From Vicugna vicugna (taxonomy: Eukaryota): 36,053 nucleotides of DNA. Below are positions 1 through 10,433 of this stretch, piece by piece; the stretch's first letter is position 1, and each line of letters starts with the position of its first letter. The translations under genes were made by a program, and so were the position numbers. Below the pieces are notes generated by a model that was not told the DNA's origin, made no database searches, and saw nothing but the letters and a program-made list of their open reading frames with translations. Location of the stretch: NCBI GenBank assembly GCA_013265495.1, contig MU058768.1, positions 1 to 36,053 on the forward strand, read 5' to 3'.

Positions 1-1059
1 AGAAGCTACAAAGTCAAAGTAAATATTTCAGAGTGCATACGTAACCTGTTTGGTGATTGAAACATCAGTCATGCGCATTTTCAGAACTCAGAAATTCAAG
101 TTTGAGGAATCCGTGATGAATGAAACATGTTCGTAATACGGAATGCCATGGTTATGTAAACAATAAAAATTACATGTGTATTGGTGAGAATTCGCTCAAA
201 GAGTGTTTTCTGGTGCCAGATGTCTGATTTTAGAACCTGGTGATAGAAAAATCTATGAAGTCAGTCAGAGTAAATAAATCTAAGTGTATATACGCATTGT
301 TTGGTGGATGAAAGGTCAGTAATCCACATGCTCACAAGTCAGAAATGCATGATTACCGAATCCGTCATGCATGTAGCATGTACGGAACCCGGAATGCCAT
401 GTTGATGGAATTCATGTAAATTACATACCTATTAGGTGGAAATCGTTCCAGAAATATTTTTTTGTGAAAAATGCACGAATTCGAAGCTGGTTTTAGGGAA
501 AACTTGTGAAAATGTGTACACGTGTCTAGATGAAATTATTACATTTATACAGGAGGAAAGATTAGTAATCCAGATGACCTCAACTCAGGAATGTATATTT
601 GTCGAATCCGTCATGTATGTAGCATGTACGGAACACGGAAAATCATGTAGATGGAATTAATTCAAATTACATATCTCTAGGGTAGAATTTGCTACAAGAG
701 GGTTTTTCTGGGATCAAATTTTGATTCTTGAAACTGGTGATAGGCAGAAGCTACAAAGAAAAAATAAATATTTCAGAGTGCATAGGTAACTTGTTTGGTG
801 GTTGAAACATCAGTCATGCGCATGTTCACAACTCAGAAATGCATGTTTGAAGAATCCGTGATGCATGAATCATGCTCGAAATACGGAATTCCATGGTTAT
901 GTAAACAATGTAAATTACATGGGTATAGGTGAAAATTCGCTCAAAGAGAGTTTTCTGGTGCCAAATGTCCGATTTTAGAACCTGGTGATAGAAAAATCTA
1001 TGAAGTCTGAGTAAATATTTCTAAGTGAATTTACGCCTTGTTTGGTGGATGAAAGGTCA

Positions 1060-1304
1060 GTAATCCACATGCTCACAAGTCAGAAACGCATGATTGCCGA
1101 ATCTGTCATACTTGTAGCATGCACGGAACCCGGAATGCCATGTTGTTGGAATTCATGTAAATTATATATCTGTTAGGTGGAAATCGCTCAAAATTATATT
1201 TCTGTGAAAAAAGCACGAATTCGAATCTGGTGTTATGTAAAGCTTGTGAAAATGTGTACATGTGTCTAGATGAAAATATTACTTTTATAGAGGATGAAAG
1301 ATTA
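1060..1304 (+). repeat. Representative monomer type A (245 bp)
   Basis: GTAATCCACATGCTCACAAGTCAG...GGAACCCGGAATGCCATG...GGTGGAAATCGCTC...AAAGCTTGTGAAAATGTGTAC...GAGGATGAAAGATTA. It carries the HindIII (AAGCTT) and XbaI (TCTAGA) sites usually found once per HOR. Confidence 0.93.
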
Positions 1305-1552
1305 GTAATCCACATGCTCTCAACTCAGAAATGCATGTTTGTCAAATCCATCATATATGTAGCATGAACGGAACACGGAATATCATGTAGACGGAGTCTA
1401 TTCAAATTAAATATCTCTAGGGTAGATTTCGCTCCAAGAGGGTTTTTCTGGGATCAAATTGTGATTCTTGAATCTGGTGAAAGGAAGAAGCTACGAAGTC
1501 AAAGTAATTATTTCAGAGTGCATAGGTAACCTTTTTGGTGTTTGAAACATCA
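1305..1552 (+). repeat. Representative monomer type B (248 bp)
   Basis: GTAATCCACATGCTCTCAACTCAG...GGAACACGGAATATCATGTAG...CGCTCCAAGAGGGTTTTT...GAAGCTACGAAGTCAAA...GAAACATCA. It aligns co-linearly with A and C. Confidence 0.93.
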
Positions 1553-1799
1553 GTCATGCGCATGTTCACAATTCAGAAATGCATGTTTGAGGAATCCGTG
1601 ATGCATGAAACATGTTCGTAATACGGAATTCCATGGTTATGTAAACAATGTAAATTAAATGTGTATTGGTGAGAATTCACACAAAGAGTGTTTTCTTGTG
1701 CCAAATGTCCGATTTTCGAACCTGGTGATAGAAAAATCTATGAAGTCTGAGTAAATATTTCTAAGTGTATTTACGCCTAGTTTGGTGGATGAAAGGTCA
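1553..1799 (+). repeat. Representative monomer type C (247 bp)
   Basis: GTCATGCGCATGTTCACAA...GAGGAATCCGTGATGCATGAAACATGTTCGTAATACGG...ATGTAAACAATGTAAATTA...GAACCTGGTGATAGAAAAATCTATGAAG...GGATGAAAGGTCA. Confidence 0.93.
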
Positions 1800-2550
1800 G
1801 TAATCCACATGCTCACATGTAAGAAACGCATGATTGCCGAATCCGTCATGCATGTAGCATGTACGGAACCCGGAATGCCATGTTGATGGAATTCATGTAA
1901 ATTACATAACTGTTAGGTGGAAATCGCTCCATAACTTTTCTTCTGTGAAAAATGCACGAAATAGATCCTGGTGTTAGGGAAAGCTTGTGAAAATCTTTAC
2001 AGGTGTCTAGATGAAAATATTCCTTTTAAAGAGGATGAAAGATTTTTATCTAGATGCCCTCAACTCAGGAATGCATGTTTGTCAAATCCGTCATGTATGT
2101 AGCATGTACGGAACACGGAATATCATGTAGATGGAATCTATTCAAATTACATATCTCCAGGGTAGAATTCGCTCCAAGAGGGTTTTTGTGGGATCAAATT
2201 ATGATTCTTGAATCTGGTGATAGGAAGAATCTACGAAGCCAAAGTAAATATTTCAGAGTGTATAGGTAACTAGTTTGGTGGTTGAAACATCAGTCATGTG
2301 CATGTTCACAACTCAGAAATGCATGTTTGAGGAATTCATGTTGCATGAATCATGTTCATAATACAGAATTCCATGGTTATGTAAACAATGTAAATTACAT
2401 GAGTATTGGTGAGAATTCGCTCAAAGAGTTTTTTCTGGGGCCAAATGTCCGATTTTAGAACCTGGTGATAGAAAAATCTATGAAGTTAGAGTAAATAATT
2501 CTAAGTATATATACGCCATGTTTGGTGGAAGAAAGGTCAGTAATCCACAT

Positions 2551-2606
2551 NNNNNNNNNNNNNNNNNNNNNNNNNNNNNNNNNNNNNNNNNNNNNNNNNN
2601 NNNNNN
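2551..2606. other. Assembly gap (56 N) inside an A monomer
   Basis: Run of N. The flanks resume in the same A monomer, where the consensus predicts ~43 missing bases. Confidence 0.99.
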
Positions 2607-5509
2607 GTAGCATGTACCCGGAATGCCATGTTGATGGAATTCATGTAAATTACATATCTGTTACGTGGAAATCGCTCCAGAACTTTCTTCTGTGAAAAAT
2701 GCACGAAATAGAACCTGGTGATAGGGAAAGCTTGTGAAAATGTGTACAGGTGTCTAGATGAAAATATTCCTTTTATACAGGATGAAAGATGAGTAATCCA
2801 GAAGCCCTCAAATCAGAAATGCATGTTTCTCAAATCCATCATGTTTGTAACATGTACGGAACACTTAATATCATGTAGACGGAGTGAATTCAAATTACAT
2901 ATCTCTAGGGTAGATTTCGCTCCACGATGGTTTTTCTGGGATCAAATTGTGATTCATGAAATTGGTGATAGGATGAAGCTACGAAGTCAAAATAAATATT
3001 TAAGAGTGCATAGTTAACATGTTTGGTGGTTGAAACATCAGTCATGTGCATATTTACTACTCAGAAATTCATGTTTTTGGAATCCGTGATGCATGAAACA
3101 TGTTCGTAATACGGAATACCATGGTTATGTAAACAATGTAAATTACATGTGTATTGGTGAGAATTCGCTCAAAGAGTGATTTCTGGTGCCAAATGTCCGT
3201 TTAGGACCTGGTGATATGAAAAACCTATGAAGTCAGAGTTAATATTTCTAACTCTATACACAGTTTGTTTGGTGGATGAATGGTGAGTAATCCACATGCT
3301 GACAAGTCAGAAACGCATGATTGCTGAATCCGTCATGCATGTAGCATGTACGGAACCCAGAATGCCATGTTGATGGAAATCATGTAAATTACATATCTGT
3401 TAGGTGTAAATCGCTCCAGAACTCTCTCTCTGTGCAAAATGCACGAATTCGAACCTGGATTTAGGGAAAGCTTTTGAAAATGTGTACACGTGTCTAGATG
3501 AAAATATTCCTTTTATATAGGATGAAAGATTGGTAATCCAGATGACCTCAACTCAGGAATGTATGTTTGTCGAATCCATCATATATGTAGCATGCACGAA
3601 ACACGGAATATAATGTAGACGGAATCTATTCAAATTACATATCTCTAGGTTAGAATTCGCTCCAAGAGTGTTTTCGTGGGATCAAAGTCTGATTCTTGAA
3701 ACTGGTGATAGGAAGAAGCTACGAAGTCAAAGTAAATATTTCAGAGTGCATATGTAACACATTTGGTGGTTGAAATATCAGTCATGTGCAATTTTACAAC
3801 TCAGAAATCATGTTTGAGGAATCCGTGATGCATGAAACATGTTCGGAATACGGAATGCCATGGTTATGCAAACAATGTAAGTTACATGTGTATTGGAGAG
3901 AATTCGTTCAAAGAGTGTTTTCTGGTGCCAAATATCCGATTTAAGAACCTGGTGATAGAAAAATTTATGAAGTCAGAGTAAATATTTCTAAGTGTATATA
4001 TGCCTTGTTTGGTGGATGAAAGGTCAGTAATCCACATGCTCACAAGTCAGAAACGCATCATTGCCGCATCCGTCATACATGTAGCATGTACAGAACCCGG
4101 AAATCCATGTTGTTGGAATTCATGTAAATTACATACCTATTAGGTGGAAATCGCTCCAGAAATAATTTTTTGTGAAAAATGTACGAATTCGAACCTGCTT
4201 TTCGGGAAAGCTTGTGAAAATGTGTACACGTGTCTAGATGAAAATATTACTTTTATAGAGGAGGAAAGATTAGTAATACAGATGACCCCAACTCAGTAAT
4301 GTACATTTGTCGACTCCGTCATGTATGTAGTATGTACGAAACACGGAATATCATGTAGATGGAATCTATTCAAATTACATATCTCTAGGGAAGAATTCGC
4401 TCCAACAGGGTTTTTGTGGGATCAAAGTGTGATTCTTGAATCTGGTGATAGGCAGAAACTACAAAGTCAAAATAAAAATTTCAGAGTGCCTAGGTAACTT
4501 GTTTGGTGGTAGAAACATCAGTCATGCGCATGTTCACAACTCAGAAATGCATGTTTGAAGAATCCGTGATGCATGAAACATGCTCGTAATACGGAATTCG
4601 TTGGTTATGTAAACAATGTAAACTACATGTGTATTGGTGAGATTTCGCTCACAGAGTGTTTTCTGGTACCAAATGTCCGATTCTCGAACCTGGTAATAGG
4701 AAAAGCCTATGAAATCAGAGTAAATATTTCTAAGTCTACATACGCCTTGTTTGGAGGGTGAAGGGTCTGTAATCCACATGCTCACAAGTCAGAAATGCAT
4801 TATTGCCGAATCCGTCATGCATGTAGCATGTACAGAACCCTGAATGCCATGTGGATAGAATTCATGTAAATTACATACCTATTAGGTGGAAATCGCTCCA
4901 GAAATATTTTTTTGTGTAAAATGCATAAATTCGAACCTGGTTTTAGGGAAAGCTTGTGAAAATGTGTACATGTGTCTAGAGAAAATATTACTTTTATAGA
5001 GGAGGAAAGATTAGTAATCCAGATGACCTCAACTCAGGAATGCATGTTTGTACAATCTGTCATATATGTAGCATGTACGGAACACGGACTATCATGTAGA
5101 TGGAATCTATTCAAATTACATATCTCTAGGGAAGAATTCACTCCAAGAGGGTTTTTGTGGGATCAAAGTGTGATTCTTGAAACTGGTGATAGGAAGAAGC
5201 TACAAAGTCAAAGTAAAAATTTCAGAGTGCATAGGTAACATGTTTGGTGGTTGAAACATCTGTCATGCGCATGTTCACAACTCAGAAATTCAAGTTTGAG
5301 GAATCCGTGATGCATGAAACATGCTCGTAATACGGAATGCCATGGTTATGTAAACAATGTAAATTACATGTGTATTTGTGAGAATTCGCTCAAAGAAAGT
5401 TTTCTGGTGCCAAATGTCCGATTTTAGAACCTGGTGATAGGAAAAACCTATGAAGTCAGAGTACATATTTCTAAGTCTACATACACATTGTTCGGAGGGT
5501 GAAAGGTCT

Positions 5510-7714
5510 GTAATCCACATGCTCACAAGTAAGCAACGCATGATTGCTGAATCCGTCATACATGGAGCATGTATGGAACCCGGAATGCCATGTTGAAGGA
5601 ATTCATGTAAATTATATATCTGTTAGGTGGAAATCGCTCAAAACTATTTTTCTGTGGAAAAAGCACTAATTCGATTCTGGTGTTAGGGAAAGCTTGTGAA
5701 AATGTGTACACGTGTCTAGATGAAAGTATTCTTTTTATAGAGGATGAAAGATTAGTAATCCACATGCTCACAAGTCAGCAATGCATGATTGCCGAATCCG
5801 TCATACATGGAGCATGTATGGAACCCGGAATGCCATGTTGAAGGAATTCATGTAAATTATATATCTGTTAGGTGGAAATCGCTCAAAACTATTTTTCTGT
5901 GGAAAAAGCACTAATTCGATTCTGGTGTTAGGGAAAGCTTGTGAAAATGTGTACACGTGTCTAGATGAAAGTATTCTTTTTATAGAGGATGAAAGATTAG
6001 TAATCCACATGCTCACAAGTCAGCAATGCATGATTGCCGAATCCGTCATACATGGAGCATGTATGGAACCCGGAATGCCATGTTGAAGGAATTCATGTAA
6101 ATTATATATCTGTTAGGTGGAAATCGCTCAAAACTATTTTTCTGTGGAAAAAGCACTAATTCGATTCTGGTGTTAGGGAAAGCTTGTGAAAATGTGTACA
6201 CGTGTCTAGATGAAAGTATTCTTTTTATAGAGGATGAAAGATTAGTAATCCACATGCTCACAAGTCAGCAATGCATGATTGCCGAATCCGTCATACATGG
6301 AGCATGTATGGAACCCGGAATGCCATGTTGAAGGAATTCATGTAAATTATATATCTGTTAGGTGGAAATCGCTCAAAACTATTTTTCTGTGGAAAAAGCA
6401 CTAATTCGATTCTGGTGTTAGGGAAAGCTTGTGAAAATGTGTACACGTGTCTAGATGAAAGTATTCTTTTTATAGAGGATGAAAGATTAGTAATCCACAT
6501 GCTCACAAGTCAGCAATGCATGATTGCCGAATCCGTCATACATGGAGCATGTATGGAACCCGGAATGCCATGTTGAAGGAATTCATGTAAATTATATATC
6601 TGTTAGGTGGAAATCGCTCAAAACTATTTTTCTGTGGAAAAAGCACTAATTCGATTCTGGTGTTAGGGAAAGCTTGTGAAAATGTGTACACGTGTCTAGA
6701 TGAAAGTATTCTTTTTATAGAGGATGAAAGATTAGTAATCCACATGCTCACAAGTCAGCAATGCATGATTGCCGAATCCGTCATACATGGAGCATGTATG
6801 GAACCCGGAATGCCATGTTGAAGGAATTCATGTAAATTATATATCTGTTAGGTGGAAATCGCTCAAAACTATTTTTCTGTGGAAAAAGCACTAATTCGAT
6901 TCTGGTGTTAGGGAAAGCTTGTGAAAATGTGTACACGTGTCTAGATGAAAGTATTCTTTTTATAGAGGATGAAAGATTAGTAATCCACATGCTCACAAGT
7001 CAGCAATGCATGATTGCCGAATCCGTCATACATGGAGCATGTATGGAACCCGGAATGCCATGTTGAAGGAATTCATGTAAATTATATATCTGTTAGGTGG
7101 AAATCGCTCAAAACTATTTTTCTGTGGAAAAAGCACTAATTCGATTCTGGTGTTAGGGAAAGCTTGTGAAAATGTGTACACGTGTCTAGATGAAAGTATT
7201 CTTTTTATAGAGGATGAAAGATTAGTAATCCACATGCTCACAAGTCAGCAATGCATGATTGCCGAATCCGTCATACATGGAGCATGTATGGAACCCGGAA
7301 TGCCATGTTGAAGGAATTCATGTAAATTATATATCTGTTAGGTGGAAATCGCTCAAAACTATTTTTCTGTGGAAAAAGCACTAATTCGATTCTGGTGTTA
7401 GGGAAAGCTTGTGAAAATGTGTACACGTGTCTAGATGAAAGTATTCTTTTTATAGAGGATGAAAGATTAGTAATCCACATGCTCACAAGTCAGCAATGCA
7501 TGATTGCCGAATCCGTCATACATGGAGCATGTATGGAACCCGGAATGCCATGTTGTTGGAATCCATGTAAATTATATATCTGTTAGGTGGAAATCGCTCA
7601 AAACTATTTTTCTGTGGAAAAAGCACTAATTCGATTCTGGTGTTAGGGAAAGCTTGTGAAAATGTGTACACGTGTCTAGATGAAAGTATTCTTTTTATAG
7701 AGGATGAAAGATTA
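5510..7714 (+). repeat. Homogeneous run of nine tandem 245-bp A monomers (B and C absent)
   Basis: Starts at 5510, 5755, 6000, 6245, 6490, 6735, 6980, 7225 and 7470, then B at 7715. The ORF track shows the identical 71-aa minus-strand peptide eight times at exactly 245-bp spacing. Confidence 0.97.
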
Positions 7715-8949
7715 GTAATCCACATGCTCTCAACTCAGGAATGCATGTTTGTCAAATCCGTCATGTATGTAGCATGTAAGGAACACGGAATATCATTTAG
7801 ATGGGATCTATACAAATTACATATATCTAGGGAAGAATTCGCTCCAAGAGGTTTTTTCTGGGATCAAAGTGTGATTCTTGAAACTGGTGAAAGGCAGAAG
7901 CTACGAAGTCATAATAAATATTTCATAGTGCATAGGTAACTTGTTTGGTGGTTGAAACATCAGTCACGCTCATGTTCACAACTCAGAAATTCAAGTTTTA
8001 TGAATCCGTGATGCATGAAACATGTTCGTAATACGGAATGCCATGGTTATTTAAACAGTGTAAATTACATATTTATTTGTGAGAATTTGCTCAAAGAGTG
8101 TTTTCTGGTGCCAGATGTCCGATTTTAGAACCTGGTGATAGAAAAATCTATGAAGTCAGAGTAAATAATTCTAAGTGTATATACGCATTGTTCGGTGGAT
8201 GAACGGTCAGTAATCCACATGCTCACAAGTCAGCAACGCATGATTGCCGAATCCGTCATCCATGTAGCATGTTCGGAACCCGGAATGCCATGTTGTTGGA
8301 ATTCATGTAAATTATATATCTGTTAGGTGGAAATCGCTCAAAACTCTGTTTCTGTGTAAAAAGCACTAATTCGATTCTGGTGTTAGGGAAAGCTTGTGAA
8401 AATGTGTACACGTGTCTAGATGAAAATATTACTTTTATAGAGGATGAAAGAATAGTAATCCACATGCTCTCAACTTAGGAATGCATGTTTGTCAAATCCA
8501 TCATGTATGTAGCATGTACGGAACACGGAATATCATGTACACGGAGTCTATTCAAATTACATATCTCTAGGGAAGAATTCGCTCCAAGAGGTTTTTTCTG
8601 GGATCAAAGTGTGATTCTTGAAACTGGTGATAGGAAGAAGCTACGAAGTCAAAGTAAATATTTCAGAGTGCATAGGTAACCTGTTTGGTGGTTGAAACAA
8701 CCGTCATGCGCATGTTCACAATTCAGAAATGCATGTTTGAGGAATCCGTGATGCATGAAACATGTTCGTAATTCGGAATTCCATGGTTATGTAAACAATG
8801 TAAAATACATGTGTATTGATGAGTATTAGCACAAAAAGTGTTTTCTGAAGCCAAATGTCCGATTTTAGAACCTGGTGATAGAAAAATCTATGAAGTCAGA
8901 GTAAATAATTCTAACTGTATATACGCCTAGTTTGGTGGTTGAAATGTCA

Positions 8950-9197
8950 GAAATCCACATGCTCACAAGTCAGAAACTCATGATTTCCGAATCCGACATA
9001 TATTTAGCATGCACGGATAAAGGAATTTCATGTAGATGGAATCTATTCAAATTACATATCTCTAGGGTAGTATTCGCTCCAAGAGTGTTTTTCGGGGATC
9101 TACGTGTGATTCTTAAAACTGGTGATAGGAAGAAGCTACGAAGTCAAAATAAATATTTCAGAGTGCGTAGGTAACTTGCCTGGCTGTCGAAACATCA
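8950..9197 (+). repeat. A/B chimeric monomer (dimeric HOR variant)
   Basis: Begins with A-type CACATGCTCACAAGTCAGAAAC, continues with B-type TGTAGATGGAATCTATTCAAATTAC...GAAGCTACGAAGTC, and is followed directly by C at 9198. Confidence 0.9.
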
Positions 9198-10185
9198 GCC
9201 ATGCGCATGTTCACAACTCAGAAATGCAAGTTTGAGGAATCCGTGATACCTGAAACATGTTCAAAATACGGAATTCCATGATTATGTAAACAATGTAAGT
9301 AACATGTGTATTGGTGTAAATTCACTCAAAGAGTGTTTTCTGGTGCCAAATGCCCGATTTTAGAACCTGGTGATAGAAAAATCTATGAAGTCAGAGTAAA
9401 TATTTCTAACTGTAGATACGCCTTGTTTGGTGGATGAAAGTTCAGTAATCCACATGCTCACAGGTCAGAAACGCATGATTGTCGAATCCGTCATACTTCT
9501 AGCATGTACGGAACCCGGAATGCCATGTTGTTGGAATTCATGTAAATTACATATATGTTAGGTGGAAATCGCTCCAGAAATATTTTTCTGTGAAAAATGC
9601 ACGAATTCGAACTTGATGTTAGGGAAAGCTTTTGAAAATGACTACAGGTGTCTAGATGAAAATATTCCTTTTTTAGAGGATGAAAGATTAGTAATCCAGA
9701 TGCCCTCAACTCAGGAATGCATGTTTTTCGAATCCGTCATGTATGTAGCATGTACGGAACTCGGAATATCATGTAGATGGAATCTATTCAGATTACACAT
9801 CTCCAGGGTAGAATTCGCTCCAAGAGGGTTTTTGTGGGATCAAAGTGTGATTCTTGAACCTGGTGAAAGGAAGAAGCTATGAAGTCAGATTAATTATTTC
9901 AGAGTGCATAGGTAACCTGTTTGGTGGTTGAAACATCAGTCATGCGCATGTTCACAACTCAGAAATACAAGTTTGATTAATAAGTGATGCATGAAACATG
10001 TTCGTAATACGGAAAGCCATGGTTATGTAAACAATGTAAATTACATGTGTATTTGTGGGAATTCGCTCAAAGAGTGTTTTCTGGTGCCAGATGTCCGATT
10101 TTAGAACCTGGTGATAGAAAAATCTATGAAGTCTGAGTAAATATTTCTAAGTGTATTTTCGCCTTGTTTGGTGGATGAAAGGTCA

Positions 10186-10433
10186 GAAATCCACATGCTC
10201 ACAAGTCAGAAACTCATGATTTCCGAATCCGAAATTTATTTAGCATGCACGGATAAAGGAATATCATGTAGATGGAATCTATTCAAATTACATATCTCTA
10301 GGGAAGTATTTGCTCCAAGAGTGGTTTTCTGGGTTCTAAGTGTGATTCTTAAAACTGGTGATAGGAAGAAGCTACGAAGTCAAAATAAATATTTCAGAGT
10401 GCGTAGGTAACTTGCTTGGCGGTTGAAATATCA
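10186..10433 (+). repeat. A/B chimeric monomer, sister copy of 8950-9197
   Basis: Shares private variants with the 8950 copy: TCAGAAATCCAC, AAACTCATGATTTCCG, TTTAGCATGCACGGATAAAGG, CTTAAAACTGG and GTGCGTAGG. Offset is 1236 bp. Confidence 0.9.

Noticed and set aside
3440..3460. TTCGAACC in monomer A as a Pol III B-box or tRNA/SINE remnant; the ~741-bp unit with one HindIII site also recalls Xenopus laevis satellite 1
   Set aside because: The motif lacks the upstream G of GTTCRA, has no properly spaced A-box and no cloverleaf. The resemblance to the Xenopus repeat is only unit length and a restriction site, and I cannot show sequence similarity without BLASTN.
5556..7725. Tandem identical 71-aa ORFs resembling an amplified small-gene cluster
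   Set aside because: A by-product of the 245-bp A-monomer run. The same frame is broken in many other A copies.
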